Shown: positions 47,337-56,340 of the stretch, piece by piece
Position numbering within the stretch: the stretch's first letter is position 1
How the letters are laid out: the number at the start of each line of letters is the position of its first letter
Source of the DNA: a virus
Lineage: Duplodnaviria > Heunggongvirae > Uroviricota > Caudoviricetes
Virus record (IMG/VR): IMGVR_UViG_3300001605_000025
Coordinates: 1-64,000 of that record
DNA: 64,000 bases
Direction: 5' to 3' (one strand)
Program-made: the position numbers and the translations under genes
The notes under the pieces: model-generated
What the model saw: the letters and a program-made list of their open reading frames with translations, nothing else
Told to the model about the DNA's origin: nothing
Database searches by the model: none

Positions 47337-47606
47337 TTAGCAATAAGTTCCTTTGCTGATAACATACTCATCTCCTTGGCCTAACGTTGATAGTGCTTTA
47401 GCTGATAACTGATAGATATTATTATACTGTTCTTGCGCTATCGTAATCAGCCAACCATCTTTAGATGCTCGTGTGATTGATGTCGCAACGTCATCACCAA
47501 GATACTTTCGAACCTTAGTTCTCGTAAATGATGTTTGCTTAAATCTATCGTACAGGAGAACAATTAGTTCTCGTGGTGGTATCTTGCCTACTTTCCGTCT
47601 AGTCAT
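47337..47606 (-). CDS. hypothetical (possible winged-helix) protein
   Basis: 89 aa. Confidence 0.35.
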   Translation of the reverse strand: MTRRKVGKIPPRELIVLLYDRFKQTSFTRTKVRKYLGDDVATSITRASKDGWLITIAQEQYNNIYQLSAKALSTLGQGDEYVISKGTYC

Positions 47607-47608
47607 CT

Positions 47609-47827
47609 CTAACTCTCATCCTCCAGTTCCTTAGTTAAATCATCTCTCATATCATTAAGTTCAGCTCTTATATCAACCAACTGACTGTCTAGATCAGAAA
47701 TATTTAGTACTACTGTCTCAATATCAAGCTCGTCGGTACTACATAGCTTATGTACAGCATCAAGTTGGTTAATTGCTTCATTCATCATATACCTAATACT
47801 AGCTAAGTACTCAGGTATGTCGTTCAC
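47609..47827 (-). CDS. hypothetical coiled-coil protein
   Basis: 72 aa. Confidence 0.35.
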   Translation of the reverse strand: MNDIPEYLASIRYMMNEAINQLDAVHKLCSTDELDIETVVLNISDLDSQLVDIRAELNDMRDDLTKELEDES

Positions 47828-48231
47828 TTTATCTCCCTCGCGATTACAACTCGATTCAAGTGGTCAGCTGTCTGAATATAAATGTTCGTTCTTGGAGTCC
47901 ATTTAATAGTAACACGAACATTCCGTTCACGAATAACAGTTAGAACAGTTGTACAGAGTTCAGCTAACCGTTTATTCGTAGTCTGGTACTGTTTGTTCAA
48001 CTGTTTAACAACAAGTTCACTATCCGAATACAGTGTTATGTCATCGTATCCCTCTCCTATACAATAGTTTAATGCGTTCAACAGTCCAGTATACTCAGCA
48101 ACGTTATTCGTTACACCTGTAAGTATATCAGTTCGTTGATACACTACTATATTGTTCTTCACTATTAAAAAGGAGGCTGCACCTATCCCGTTGCTATTCT
48201 TACCGGATCCATCACTGTAAGCTACAATCAT
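47824..48231 (-). CDS. rnhA: ribonuclease H
   Basis: YSDGS, NNVAEYTGLLNAL, YSDSELVV and ADHLN catalytic blocks. Confidence 0.75.
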   Translation of the reverse strand: MIVAYSDGSGKNSNGIGAASFLIVKNNIVVYQRTDILTGVTNNVAEYTGLLNALNYCIGEGYDDITLYSDSELVVKQLNKQYQTTNKRLAELCTTVLTVIRERNVRVTIKWTPRTNIYIQTADHLNRVVIAREIK

Positions 48232-48323
48232 AACGTATCACCCTAAATACTGAACTAAGAAATGATGGACAACAATCGCTACTGTAACTCCTATTAGTAC
48301 TACTATAACCATCATTAAGTCTA

Positions 48324-48527
48324 TCATTTAGTGGTCACCTTTGGACGTTCCTCAATAACAAACGATATAATCAACGATAAGTGAGTAATGATAGCTTCAC
48401 ATTCTTCTAGTGATAGTTCTAATCGTTGTCCGACATCCCCACGATAAGACTGGTCACTCATCTGGCCACACATATATTTCCATTCTTGTTCTCTTATCGG
48501 TATAACTAATCGATTACCTCTAATCAT
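48324..48527 (-). CDS. hypothetical protein
   Basis: 67 aa. Confidence 0.35.
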   Translation of the reverse strand: MIRGNRLVIPIREQEWKYMCGQMSDQSYRGDVGQRLELSLEECEAIITHLSLIISFVIEERPKVTTK

Positions 48528-48529
48528 CG

Positions 48530-48775
48530 TTATCCTCCCATAGCAATTGCATACAGTAGTTGACGTTCATCAGAACAAACTATCTCATCTTCACCTTGTT
48601 CAGCAATCTTATCCTCGAACATTTTAATCATTTTCGGACCACCGATAACCTTGGCAATTCCGTACCAAGTTTTCAGATTACTCGGTTCTCCAGTTGAGAT
48701 TATCAGATCTCCAGGTTTCCACGGATGAGGTGATGTTACACCCTCCACCCACGCTCCGTTAACAAACTTACCACT
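48530..48775 (-). CDS. hypothetical protein
   Basis: Track ORF 48530..48820, start ambiguous. Confidence 0.35.
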   Translation of the reverse strand, partial: SGKFVNGAWVEGVTSPHPWKPGDLIISTGEPSNLKTWYGIAKVIGGPKMIKMFEDKIAEQGEDEIVCSDERQLLYAIAMGG

Positions 48776-48893
48776 CATCATCACCACTCTCATCTTCTCC
48801 AGGGCAGTAATCGTTACCACTTAAATATCGCTGACAGATTCCCATACTTCCCATGTTATCACATTCCAGTTCTGGATACTCACAGTCTGTCAT
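48768..48893 (-). CDS. small acidic Cys-rich protein (41 aa)
   Basis: SD AGGTGG (MTDCEYPELECDNMGSMGICQRY...). Approximate. Confidence 0.3.
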   Translation of the reverse strand: MTDCEYPELECDNMGSMGICQRYLSGNDYCPGEDESGDDEW

Positions 48894-49030
48894 AGTTTAC
48901 CACCTAACCACATGTAACATTATACTGTCTGCTCGATTATCATTCTTCCAGTCTCTAGCAGCAAACGGATCGTTAAACTCCTTAAGATGGAGTCCTTTAG
49001 TATCCTTCCAAAGAACAATCCAGTCTTCAG

Positions 49031-50950
49031 TTATGAACATCCAGACCACCCGCATGTCATACACGTTCCGCTTCTACAACCCGAACCGAAACTAAGTACC
49101 GTCCCACATTGTGGACACTTATTCGTTACAATTTCAGATTCTGTAAACCAGAATGCATTCATTCGTTTCGCAAGAATATCCGGACAACTCTTTCCAGCAG
49201 AGTTTGGATTCTTCATTGCGGTAGTACACTCAACTTTCGATAGCGTCGATATGATCCGTTTAATCGTTGTCTTCTCATCACCATAGAGTCTCGGGTCATG
49301 TATATACTTGGAAATAACCTTCCCCATTCCTTCCATGTTAGCCTTACATCCGCCTTGCGTGAGAACATAAGCTTCGTATGGGTGATCGTCGGCGATGTTG
49401 TTATTGGTAGTAACGTGTATCTCGCCACACCCTGTGGGGAAGTCCAACGTTCTACCGTATCGTTCAACTCTGTCTCCTTTAGAGCTCGGTTGGCCTCTTC
49501 CTGGAATCGGTCCAGTAGGTCGAACAGATGTAAGTACCTGTTTATCTTTTGAACCATCTCGATACACCGTTATCCCTTTGCATTTCAGTTTCCAAGCTAA
49601 ATGTATCGCATCCTCAATATCCTGTACTGTAGCACTTGATGATAGATTAATCGTTTTTGATACAGCGTTATCAACATGGTTCTGCCAGGCAGCCATATGT
49701 TTCAACTGCCACTCTACAGATATATGCTTAGCTGTATCTTCTAGTAATCCATGTTGTCTTGCGAGATCGGTCAGTGGATGTTCGAGTGTTACAATTCCAG
49801 CTTCTGACTCTCGTGTGTACGTCCAGTCAAATACTGGTTCGATACCTGACGAACAATCTGCAAGGAAGGATAATGTTCCAGTTGGAGCAATCGTCATAAC
49901 TGTTTCGTTGTTATAGGTCCGTCCTGGAACTTCTCTCGTTGCAACATCATAGTACCTAGATCCAATCTTATCGATCAACTGAATCGCTTCTGTTGATTGA
50001 TAGCTGATACCCATTTTAATCAGTAAGTCAGCCCAACCCATAACACCGGATCCAATCTTTCTAGACAGTAATGTAGCCTCTCGTATCTCTGGTATCGGGA
50101 ACGTATTCAAATCAATAACATCGTTTAACGCTCGTACCGACAATCTTACCGTATCGTCAAGCATCCCGTAATCAAACGTCTCTCCTTCCGGTATCAGTTT
50201 ACTTAGATTGATAGACGCTAAATTGCACGACTCATACGGTCGTAACGGCTGTTCGCCACAAGGGTTCGTACAATCGATAACACCTCTCTCAGGAAACCGA
50301 TTCGTCTCGTTGAGTCTATCCAAAAATACGACACCGGGGTCTCCCGTTCTCCAGGCATGCTCTGCAATAGTGTGAACCAGTCCGTTATCGCTTTGCATAT
50401 CTGAGTCCTTGATCCCGACGCTAATATTGAAATGTGATAGTCCGGATCCACTATCTTTACAGTGTATAAACTCTTGGATGTCTGGATGATCAGCGTTAAG
50501 TATCCCCATATTGGCACCCTCGCGTTTACCTCCTTGGGATACCACACCGGCTGACTCGTTAAGCAATTCCATGACTTTAACAGGACCACATGCTTTCCCT
50601 TTAGTTGATTGTATAAGTGAGCCACGTGGTCTAAGTCTAGAGAAGTTGAAACCGGTTCCACCAAAGTACTTATGCACACGGGCGGCGTGCCAAACCGTTC
50701 TATATATTCCATCCAGTGAATCTTCCACTGGTAAGACGTAACACGCTGATAATCCTCCAGCTCCCGGTACGCCTGCATTAACAAGCGTCGGAGTGTTTGG
50801 CAACCAGATTCCGTGAGACATAGCATTGAGCAATGTTTCCGTGTACTTGCGATCCTCTCGTCCGATAAACTTTGCAACTCTCTCATATACATCACGTTCT
50901 GTTCTCTCTCCAGGTTGTAAATAACGATCCTTTAGTAGTTTCTCTTTCAT
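49031..50950 (-). CDS. ribonucleotide reductase catalytic subunit (probably class II, B12-dependent) with C-terminal Cys-rich tail
   Basis: NPCGEQPL...CNLASINL active-site block. 639 aa single chain, C-terminus CPQCG...CMTCGWSGC. Confidence 0.75.
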   Translation of the reverse strand: MKEKLLKDRYLQPGERTERDVYERVAKFIGREDRKYTETLLNAMSHGIWLPNTPTLVNAGVPGAGGLSACYVLPVEDSLDGIYRTVWHAARVHKYFGGTGFNFSRLRPRGSLIQSTKGKACGPVKVMELLNESAGVVSQGGKREGANMGILNADHPDIQEFIHCKDSGSGLSHFNISVGIKDSDMQSDNGLVHTIAEHAWRTGDPGVVFLDRLNETNRFPERGVIDCTNPCGEQPLRPYESCNLASINLSKLIPEGETFDYGMLDDTVRLSVRALNDVIDLNTFPIPEIREATLLSRKIGSGVMGWADLLIKMGISYQSTEAIQLIDKIGSRYYDVATREVPGRTYNNETVMTIAPTGTLSFLADCSSGIEPVFDWTYTRESEAGIVTLEHPLTDLARQHGLLEDTAKHISVEWQLKHMAAWQNHVDNAVSKTINLSSSATVQDIEDAIHLAWKLKCKGITVYRDGSKDKQVLTSVRPTGPIPGRGQPSSKGDRVERYGRTLDFPTGCGEIHVTTNNNIADDHPYEAYVLTQGGCKANMEGMGKVISKYIHDPRLYGDEKTTIKRIISTLSKVECTTAMKNPNSAGKSCPDILAKRMNAFWFTESEIVTNKCPQCGTVLSFGSGCRSGTCMTCGWSGCS

Positions 50951-51603
50951 AGTCTCATCACGTTACCGATGTAATCTTCGTCACGCTTTAAGTACAGATG
51001 TGGACAGAAACAAATATGTGTATACGTTCCAACCGGTAGTCCTACAGCTAACGATATATGTTTCTGTAACTCCGTTAGTCCATACATATTTGGACCTAGT
51101 CCCAGTGTCATATCCTCCGACCGGAATACAACTTTCATATTTAAACGTCCTTCTCTTACATCACAATGTATCAACTGTAAGCACGGAACGTCTTCACGAG
51201 TCGTATCCAATTTCGGATTCCATGTTATCGCTTGAGCTCGTCTAGTAGATGGTGACCCAATAAGTTTCTGTTCAATATACGTTATCTGGTTGATCCCAAA
51301 GTGATGCGTTAATCGATCGTGGTAATCGTAGACAAAGTCAGCAGACGTTCCCGCAATCAGATCGTTAGCATACTGATCCATATACTTCTGACTGAACGGT
51401 AGTGTGGGAGGTTTAATAAATCGTGGTTCCACAAACGGAGTTCTAATAAACAATGCTAGTTCTTTAGCCTCAATAGTATCCTGTTTGTTCTCTCCAGGAT
51501 ATACAATCGGGCATTCAGTCTCATCTTTATAACAATGGTTCATGATATACCGTATAACGATCTCATGACCTTTCGCTAAGTTAGGTGCTTGTAACAACTT
51601 CAT
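50947..51603 (-). CDS. thymidylate-synthase-family enzyme (ThyA / dCMP- or dUMP-hydroxymethylase-like)
   Basis: PCLQLIHCDV...RSEDMTLGLGPNMYGLTELQKHISLAVGLPVGTYTHICFCPHLY matches the ThyA fold blocks. Short at 218 aa. Confidence 0.55.
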   Translation of the reverse strand: MKLLQAPNLAKGHEIVIRYIMNHCYKDETECPIVYPGENKQDTIEAKELALFIRTPFVEPRFIKPPTLPFSQKYMDQYANDLIAGTSADFVYDYHDRLTHHFGINQITYIEQKLIGSPSTRRAQAITWNPKLDTTREDVPCLQLIHCDVREGRLNMKVVFRSEDMTLGLGPNMYGLTELQKHISLAVGLPVGTYTHICFCPHLYLKRDEDYIGNVMRL

Positions 51604-51760
51604 CCTTCACTTCCTTACGTTTCTTTTTAGCCGATAGTCTAGCAGATTCACGTGAACATGTTTTACATACATAAGTTCGTCCTCTTTTCTCATGCCAGTA
51701 ATTAGTTGTAACGTAGAACTGATCTTCTGGTAGATCTTGTTTACAGTGAGAACATATCAT
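51581..51760 (-). CDS. zinc-ribbon protein (59 aa, CSHC...CKTC)
   Basis: Hand-found ORF overlapping the ThyA-like start. Approximate. Confidence 0.3.
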   Translation of the reverse strand: MICSHCKQDLPEDQFYVTTNYWHEKRGRTYVCKTCSRESARLSAKKKRKEVKDEVVTST

Positions 51761-51825
51761 TTTAAATCCTCGTTTAAATTATGTATTGTTCACCAAAAAT
51801 AACGTATTGTGCAAAGATATTTATT

Positions 51826-51845
51826 ATTTCCTATATATGAATCGT
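51826..51845 (-). promoter_or_regulatory. promoter-like motif (minus strand TTCATATATAGGAAA)
   Basis: Same TATATAGG core as the + strand motifs. Upstream of the ThyA/RNR block. Confidence 0.3.
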
Positions 51846-52136
51846 GTGGAGTTGAACAATAAGTTATCTATGATATCTACTCACAATGCTATCCAATATC
51901 TTATTTACTTTCAGTGCGTATTCCTTACATCCACCTTGCATCTCTACAGCTACTGCAATCTCCCATAACTCAGTATCAGTAATGCAGTACTTTCGTGCAG
52001 GTGGACGTTCAATCACGATATCACCTACTTCTTATCGAACGTAATAACAACACGCTCAACTGGTAATATAGTAGCCTTAAGTTCAAGTTTCACATACGAC
52101 ACCCCGTAGAACATTAAGTCACGATTCACTCGTTCC

Positions 52137-52442
52137 TCACTTCTCCGGCCATGGTCGTCTATTAGCATGAAACATATACCCAACTCGTTGTAACGATCCA
52201 TCTAGTAGTCTAATACAAACTATCTCCGCATGATATCCAGCAGCTTCTAATGGAGCTACTTCATTACATATGATATCATTACATTCAGTAGTTAACCTAT
52301 TTGCTTGATCACCAAACTCAGTAACTGTTATCAATCCTGCTTTTAGGTCAAACCATAGATCATCTTTCCGTTTAGCTAATATCTGTAATCGATCGTGAGC
52401 ATCTTTTAATTCTTGAAGCTTCTGATCAGTCATAAATATCAC
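52137..52442 (-). CDS. hypothetical protein
   Basis: 101 aa. Confidence 0.4.
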   Translation of the reverse strand: MIFMTDQKLQELKDAHDRLQILAKRKDDLWFDLKAGLITVTEFGDQANRLTTECNDIICNEVAPLEAAGYHAEIVCIRLLDGSLQRVGYMFHANRRPWPEK

Positions 52443-53184
52443 TAAACTTCTTTAGTCCATCATCTGGAAACAACCTCGGTAACTCCTCTAACGTACACAT
52501 ACGACAGGCTGCAAACTTTCCGTCCGAACAACGATACGGGAAGTCATTCTTATCTATTGCAGCACGTAGTTTAGCAATCCGTGTCAAAGCTAACCGTCTC
52601 ATATCATCTGTTAACTGTTCAGTATATATGGCTTGCAATCTTGGATTAATCAATCGAAGTTCGGTTATAGTTCCTGGGTTACCTGATAACTCCCAAAGTA
52701 CCGCATAGAAAGCTAATTGTCGTATAGCAGATTCCGTATTCATCTTACTACCGGTCTTATACTCTATCAGTCGTACAGTATTATATAGTTTGTCAACCCA
52801 CTCTGCACCATCTAACGTTGACTTTATCTGTATACGATCACATTGCATAAACAGTTCACGATACAGTGGACAGAACTCGTTCTCACGTTCCTCATTCCTT
52901 AGTTTGTCAAGTCGTTTCCGTTGATACGATAGGAACCATTCATACATTGATAGTTCTTCTTCATTCAACCAGTCTGCGGGTATTAGTTCCGACCAATCAT
53001 CAGGATCAATAGTTAGTGCATAGTCGAAGAATCGTTCAGCAAACTCATGAAACCTAGTCCCGATCAGCATCTTCTGGTTAACGGGTTTATTAACCAGTTC
53101 GACGTATTGGTGGTAAAATTGTCTCGGACAGAAGTCATAACTTTCTAGCATCGACTTTCGTATATGTTTATCGTTCATATACAT
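52426..53184 (-). CDS. Cas4/RecB-family PD-(D/E)xK nuclease with Fe-S-type Cys cluster
   Basis: N-terminal CPRQFYHQY, IEYKTG (ExK) and C-terminal CSDGKFAACRMC. Confidence 0.6.
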   Translation of the reverse strand: MYMNDKHIRKSMLESYDFCPRQFYHQYVELVNKPVNQKMLIGTRFHEFAERFFDYALTIDPDDWSELIPADWLNEEELSMYEWFLSYQRKRLDKLRNEERENEFCPLYRELFMQCDRIQIKSTLDGAEWVDKLYNTVRLIEYKTGSKMNTESAIRQLAFYAVLWELSGNPGTITELRLINPRLQAIYTEQLTDDMRRLALTRIAKLRAAIDKNDFPYRCSDGKFAACRMCTLEELPRLFPDDGLKKFSDIYD

Positions 53185-53260
53185 CCTCCGTGAAGAATCA
53201 CCAACGCAATCGCTATTATGAATCCCAATAGGACACCCAGTACAACATCTTGATTTACGT

Positions 53261-53962
53261 TCATATGTCTAACCTGTTTGATATAATCCATCCACAACCT
53301 ATTCCAGCAGCATTACCACTAATCGTTAGCGGCATATCTTGACCGATACCAATTATACACTCCTGTAGTCTACCGATTATCGGCTGTATCTGTTTCAAAT
53401 AATCAGTAGCTACAAGTACTGTAACTTTAGGTGCTTCCTCCTTTCGTATCGTAATCTCATCACGTTTATACGTAACGTCAACAAGTTCAGCTAACTTATC
53501 TTCAAAAACGATACCATCTGGTCCATACGTTATTTTCATAGCAGCACTACTGTCTTTCTTATCATAAGCGTCAGTAATTGTTTGTATCCCAAACTTCAGA
53601 TCGTTAGGTGTCATTGTAAAAACATTAGTCCATGGAATCTTCGGACTCGGTCCAGGTTTTACACCAGTCAATCTTTTCAGTTTATAGTTTGCACGTCCTG
53701 AATGAACAACTACCGGATTATCCAGTTCAATTGTAACGTCCCCAACCATCGTAGATGGAAAGTCATCAAACCTAAGTGCTAGATTAGTTGCATCAGTAGA
53801 CGTACAAGCAACTTTACATTCTACGAATCCTACCAACGCAATATCAGTCGCAGACATGAATAGATGATCCAGTTGAACGTTGATGTTACTTTCAGGAACA
53901 AACGATCTCATAATCGCTAACGCTAATGTTAATCGTTCTCCAGTTATCGTAATACTAGTCAT
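53261..53962 (-). CDS. DNA polymerase sliding clamp (PCNA/gp45-like)
   Basis: 233 aa, of clamp size, located in the replication module. The assignment is tentative. Confidence 0.45.
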   Translation of the reverse strand: MTSITITGERLTLALAIMRSFVPESNINVQLDHLFMSATDIALVGFVECKVACTSTDATNLALRFDDFPSTMVGDVTIELDNPVVVHSGRANYKLKRLTGVKPGPSPKIPWTNVFTMTPNDLKFGIQTITDAYDKKDSSAAMKITYGPDGIVFEDKLAELVDVTYKRDEITIRKEEAPKVTVLVATDYLKQIQPIIGRLQECIIGIGQDMPLTISGNAAGIGCGWIISNRLDI

Positions 53963-54109
53963 GGGTACTCTCCAGTCAGTTTACCTTTATAATTTCGTCT
54001 CCGTTTGATAATTTCTGTCCTACCTTTGGTTTAATTTTCATTACCGTTGTACTCAGTTTACCTTCTGGACTTCTAACAGATACAATCCATTTCGTCTGAG
54101 GTTTCCGTG

Positions 54110-54670
54110 TCATGGTGTATTCTCGAAATAACGAGATCCCGTGGCTCCAGTCTGATCATGATATTTTGCGTCATGTTTCGAATAATACGGAACATTAGCG
54201 TGGTGTGTCTTATAAAAAACTAATTGAGCGATAGGCATCCCAGCTGTCAGAATGATAGAGCGCATATTCTCGTTCGTCATCTCTAAGGTAATTGTACCCC
54301 GGAATCCGCAATCCACCCATCCGCCAGTTTGATGTACAGTAATCCCTAATCTCGCTAACGAGCTTTTGCCTTCGATCGTCGCACATACTTCATCACTTAA
54401 CTCAATCCGTTCCATCGTTTCAGCTAGTAAGAATGAATTCTTCTCTAATGTTATCCGTTCAGCTGTAAAATGATGTAGACCAAGTTCTACTGATTCTTTA
54501 TCATATGGATCAATCGGATAGTTAAATGACTGGATATCATACACAGCAAAGTTATTACCTAGTCTAACATCAATACTATTCGACTGAATACCATTCTTAT
54601 ATAGTGGCAGTATCTTTATATCTCCACTTTCCAATAATCCGTTCAGTTGCCAATCAACCATTACGCTCAT
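54110..54670 (-). CDS. dCTP deaminase/dUTPase-superfamily enzyme
   Basis: N-terminal MxxxDxQLxxL...GDIKI and a VDCGFRGTITLEM block. Confidence 0.55.
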   Translation of the reverse strand: MSVMVDWQLNGLLESGDIKILPLYKNGIQSNSIDVRLGNNFAVYDIQSFNYPIDPYDKESVELGLHHFTAERITLEKNSFLLAETMERIELSDEVCATIEGKSSLARLGITVHQTGGWVDCGFRGTITLEMTNENMRSIILTAGMPIAQLVFYKTHHANVPYYSKHDAKYHDQTGATGSRYFENTP

Positions 54671-55161
54671 TTATTATCATCCACCTTCGTTAACGTTGTA
54701 GTTATCGGGTTCTTTATTTCATTCGCTAACGCCCATTGTCTTGGATCATTCCACGGTTCGGGTTGGAATCCAACACCTGTTTCTTTCTTAAACTGATTAT
54801 CAGTAACGTATACAATTAAGAACCAGAGCATCCATCCTATACGTGCACGAAGTTCAGGAATTGCAACATACATCCATACGAAGTGATCAATTATAGGTCC
54901 AAAGATACTCTTTAACGTCTCATCAGTTTCATGTGACATGTAGTATTGTCTAAACATAAGCATTACGTGGTTGTTGGAGTTCCGCCAAATTGGATTACTA
55001 GGATTCCAGAGTTCAGGATCCAATTCCAGACTACCGATCACAATTGACATTCCTCTTAGTCTATCCAAAATAATAGGATCTATCGTCAACTTTCCATCTC
55101 CGTGTATCTGATATTCATTCTTATCTGTTACAGTTGCAGTCGCACTACCTTGTTGTTTCAT
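54667..55161 (-). CDS. hypothetical protein
   Basis: 164 aa. Confidence 0.4.
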   Translation of the reverse strand: MKQQGSATATVTDKNEYQIHGDGKLTIDPIILDRLRGMSIVIGSLELDPELWNPSNPIWRNSNNHVMLMFRQYYMSHETDETLKSIFGPIIDHFVWMYVAIPELRARIGWMLWFLIVYVTDNQFKKETGVGFQPEPWNDPRQWALANEIKNPITTTLTKVDDNK

Positions 55162-55835
55162 CCTTTACCACCATGCATCATATCCCATAATTGACCACGA
55201 CCTGCAGGATACCAATGTTCTGGATAGAATGCCTTCAGTCCTAGACGTGATAACTCATCTCTTTTATACATATCTTTATGAACGTTCAGTCTCTCAATAA
55301 CAAAATTAACAGATCGTTCAATACCTTCATCAGTTTCGTACATATGAATTCCATAGTCCCAGAACTTGGTAATATATTCGATACGATCCATTCGTTTCTC
55401 ATGTGTCAGATATAGTGCACGTTCCTCCTTAAGTATCGTTAAACGTTTAGACTTATCGGTAGTACTCCATTCAGTATACCGTTCTATCAGTCTCCACATT
55501 AGATATCCGAATCGTTCATAGTACATATCATCATTTCGATGAAGAACCACTAGAAATGCTCCTAACCGGTGTATTGCAAGTCTATTCAACCACGAACATC
55601 CTTTTAACAATTTGGGTATCTCACGAACATACTCATCAAATAGTACCATGGTTAACTTCATACTGTCAGTTATAAACTCACCACTATCAACTCGTAACCA
55701 CTCAGGTCTTAATATCAATCCTTTCAGTAGATTAATATTATTACCGTTCATGATCACATCAAGAATCAGTGGTTTGTCTTTCGCATGGAACTCGGCTCCA
55801 TGTCCATCATCATACCATAAACTAGGAACTCTCAT
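55158..55835 (-). CDS. hypothetical protein
   Basis: 225 aa. Confidence 0.4.
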   Translation of the reverse strand: MRVPSLWYDDGHGAEFHAKDKPLILDVIMNGNNINLLKGLILRPEWLRVDSGEFITDSMKLTMVLFDEYVREIPKLLKGCSWLNRLAIHRLGAFLVVLHRNDDMYYERFGYLMWRLIERYTEWSTTDKSKRLTILKEERALYLTHEKRMDRIEYITKFWDYGIHMYETDEGIERSVNFVIERLNVHKDMYKRDELSRLGLKAFYPEHWYPAGRGQLWDMMHGGKG

Positions 55836-56340
55836 TGAACACCTGTGTCTGTACTCTTTCTAGTGGAATTGTACCAATATCTTTAACACCATATTCAACC
55901 GACGTAGCTGTAAGTGCCTGTCGGTTACCATACGAAAAATATACATAGTATAGTCCGATAGAGGATCCTTTAGGAAGTGTCACACTGAATGATCCATCAC
56001 CGGTTGTACTAGTATTGGCGACATCTTTAGAACTTTCATTTTTCACGGTAACTACTATAGCTGCTTGTGGAAGACCATCTACTGTGGCCTTACCTTGAAT
56101 TTTAATATAGTCAGGAGTCGGAGTTGGTGTAGGTGTTGGTACAATAACCAATACTAGGAGTATAGCCACGAGTATCATGACTGTCCATACTATCTGTTTC
56201 AGATCCATTTGATCACATCCAATTAGAACCATTTTGTTAGTCCGGTTTGTCCATTGATTTCTGTATCCCAATTCAATCCGATAGATTCCATTAAAGACTC
56301 CATCTTCATCTGAACTGTCTTCAGTCCCATTTTTTGCCAA
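55822..56340 (-). CDS. membrane protein with PTPTPTP linker
   Basis: One TM helix followed by a Thr-Pro linker. Confidence 0.4.
   Translation of the reverse strand: MAKNGTEDSSDEDGVFNGIYRIELGYRNQWTNRTNKMVLIGCDQMDLKQIVWTVMILVAILLVLVIVPTPTPTPTPDYIKIQGKATVDGLPQAAIVVTVKNESSKDVANTSTTGDGSFSVTLPKGSSIGLYYVYFSYGNRQALTATSVEYGVKDIGTIPLERVQTQVFNESS

Noticed and set aside
50218-50895. 225-aa alternative-frame ORF inside the RNR gene
   Set aside because: It is in a different frame on the same strand, fully nested in a gene with clear RNR motifs. No independent start signal.
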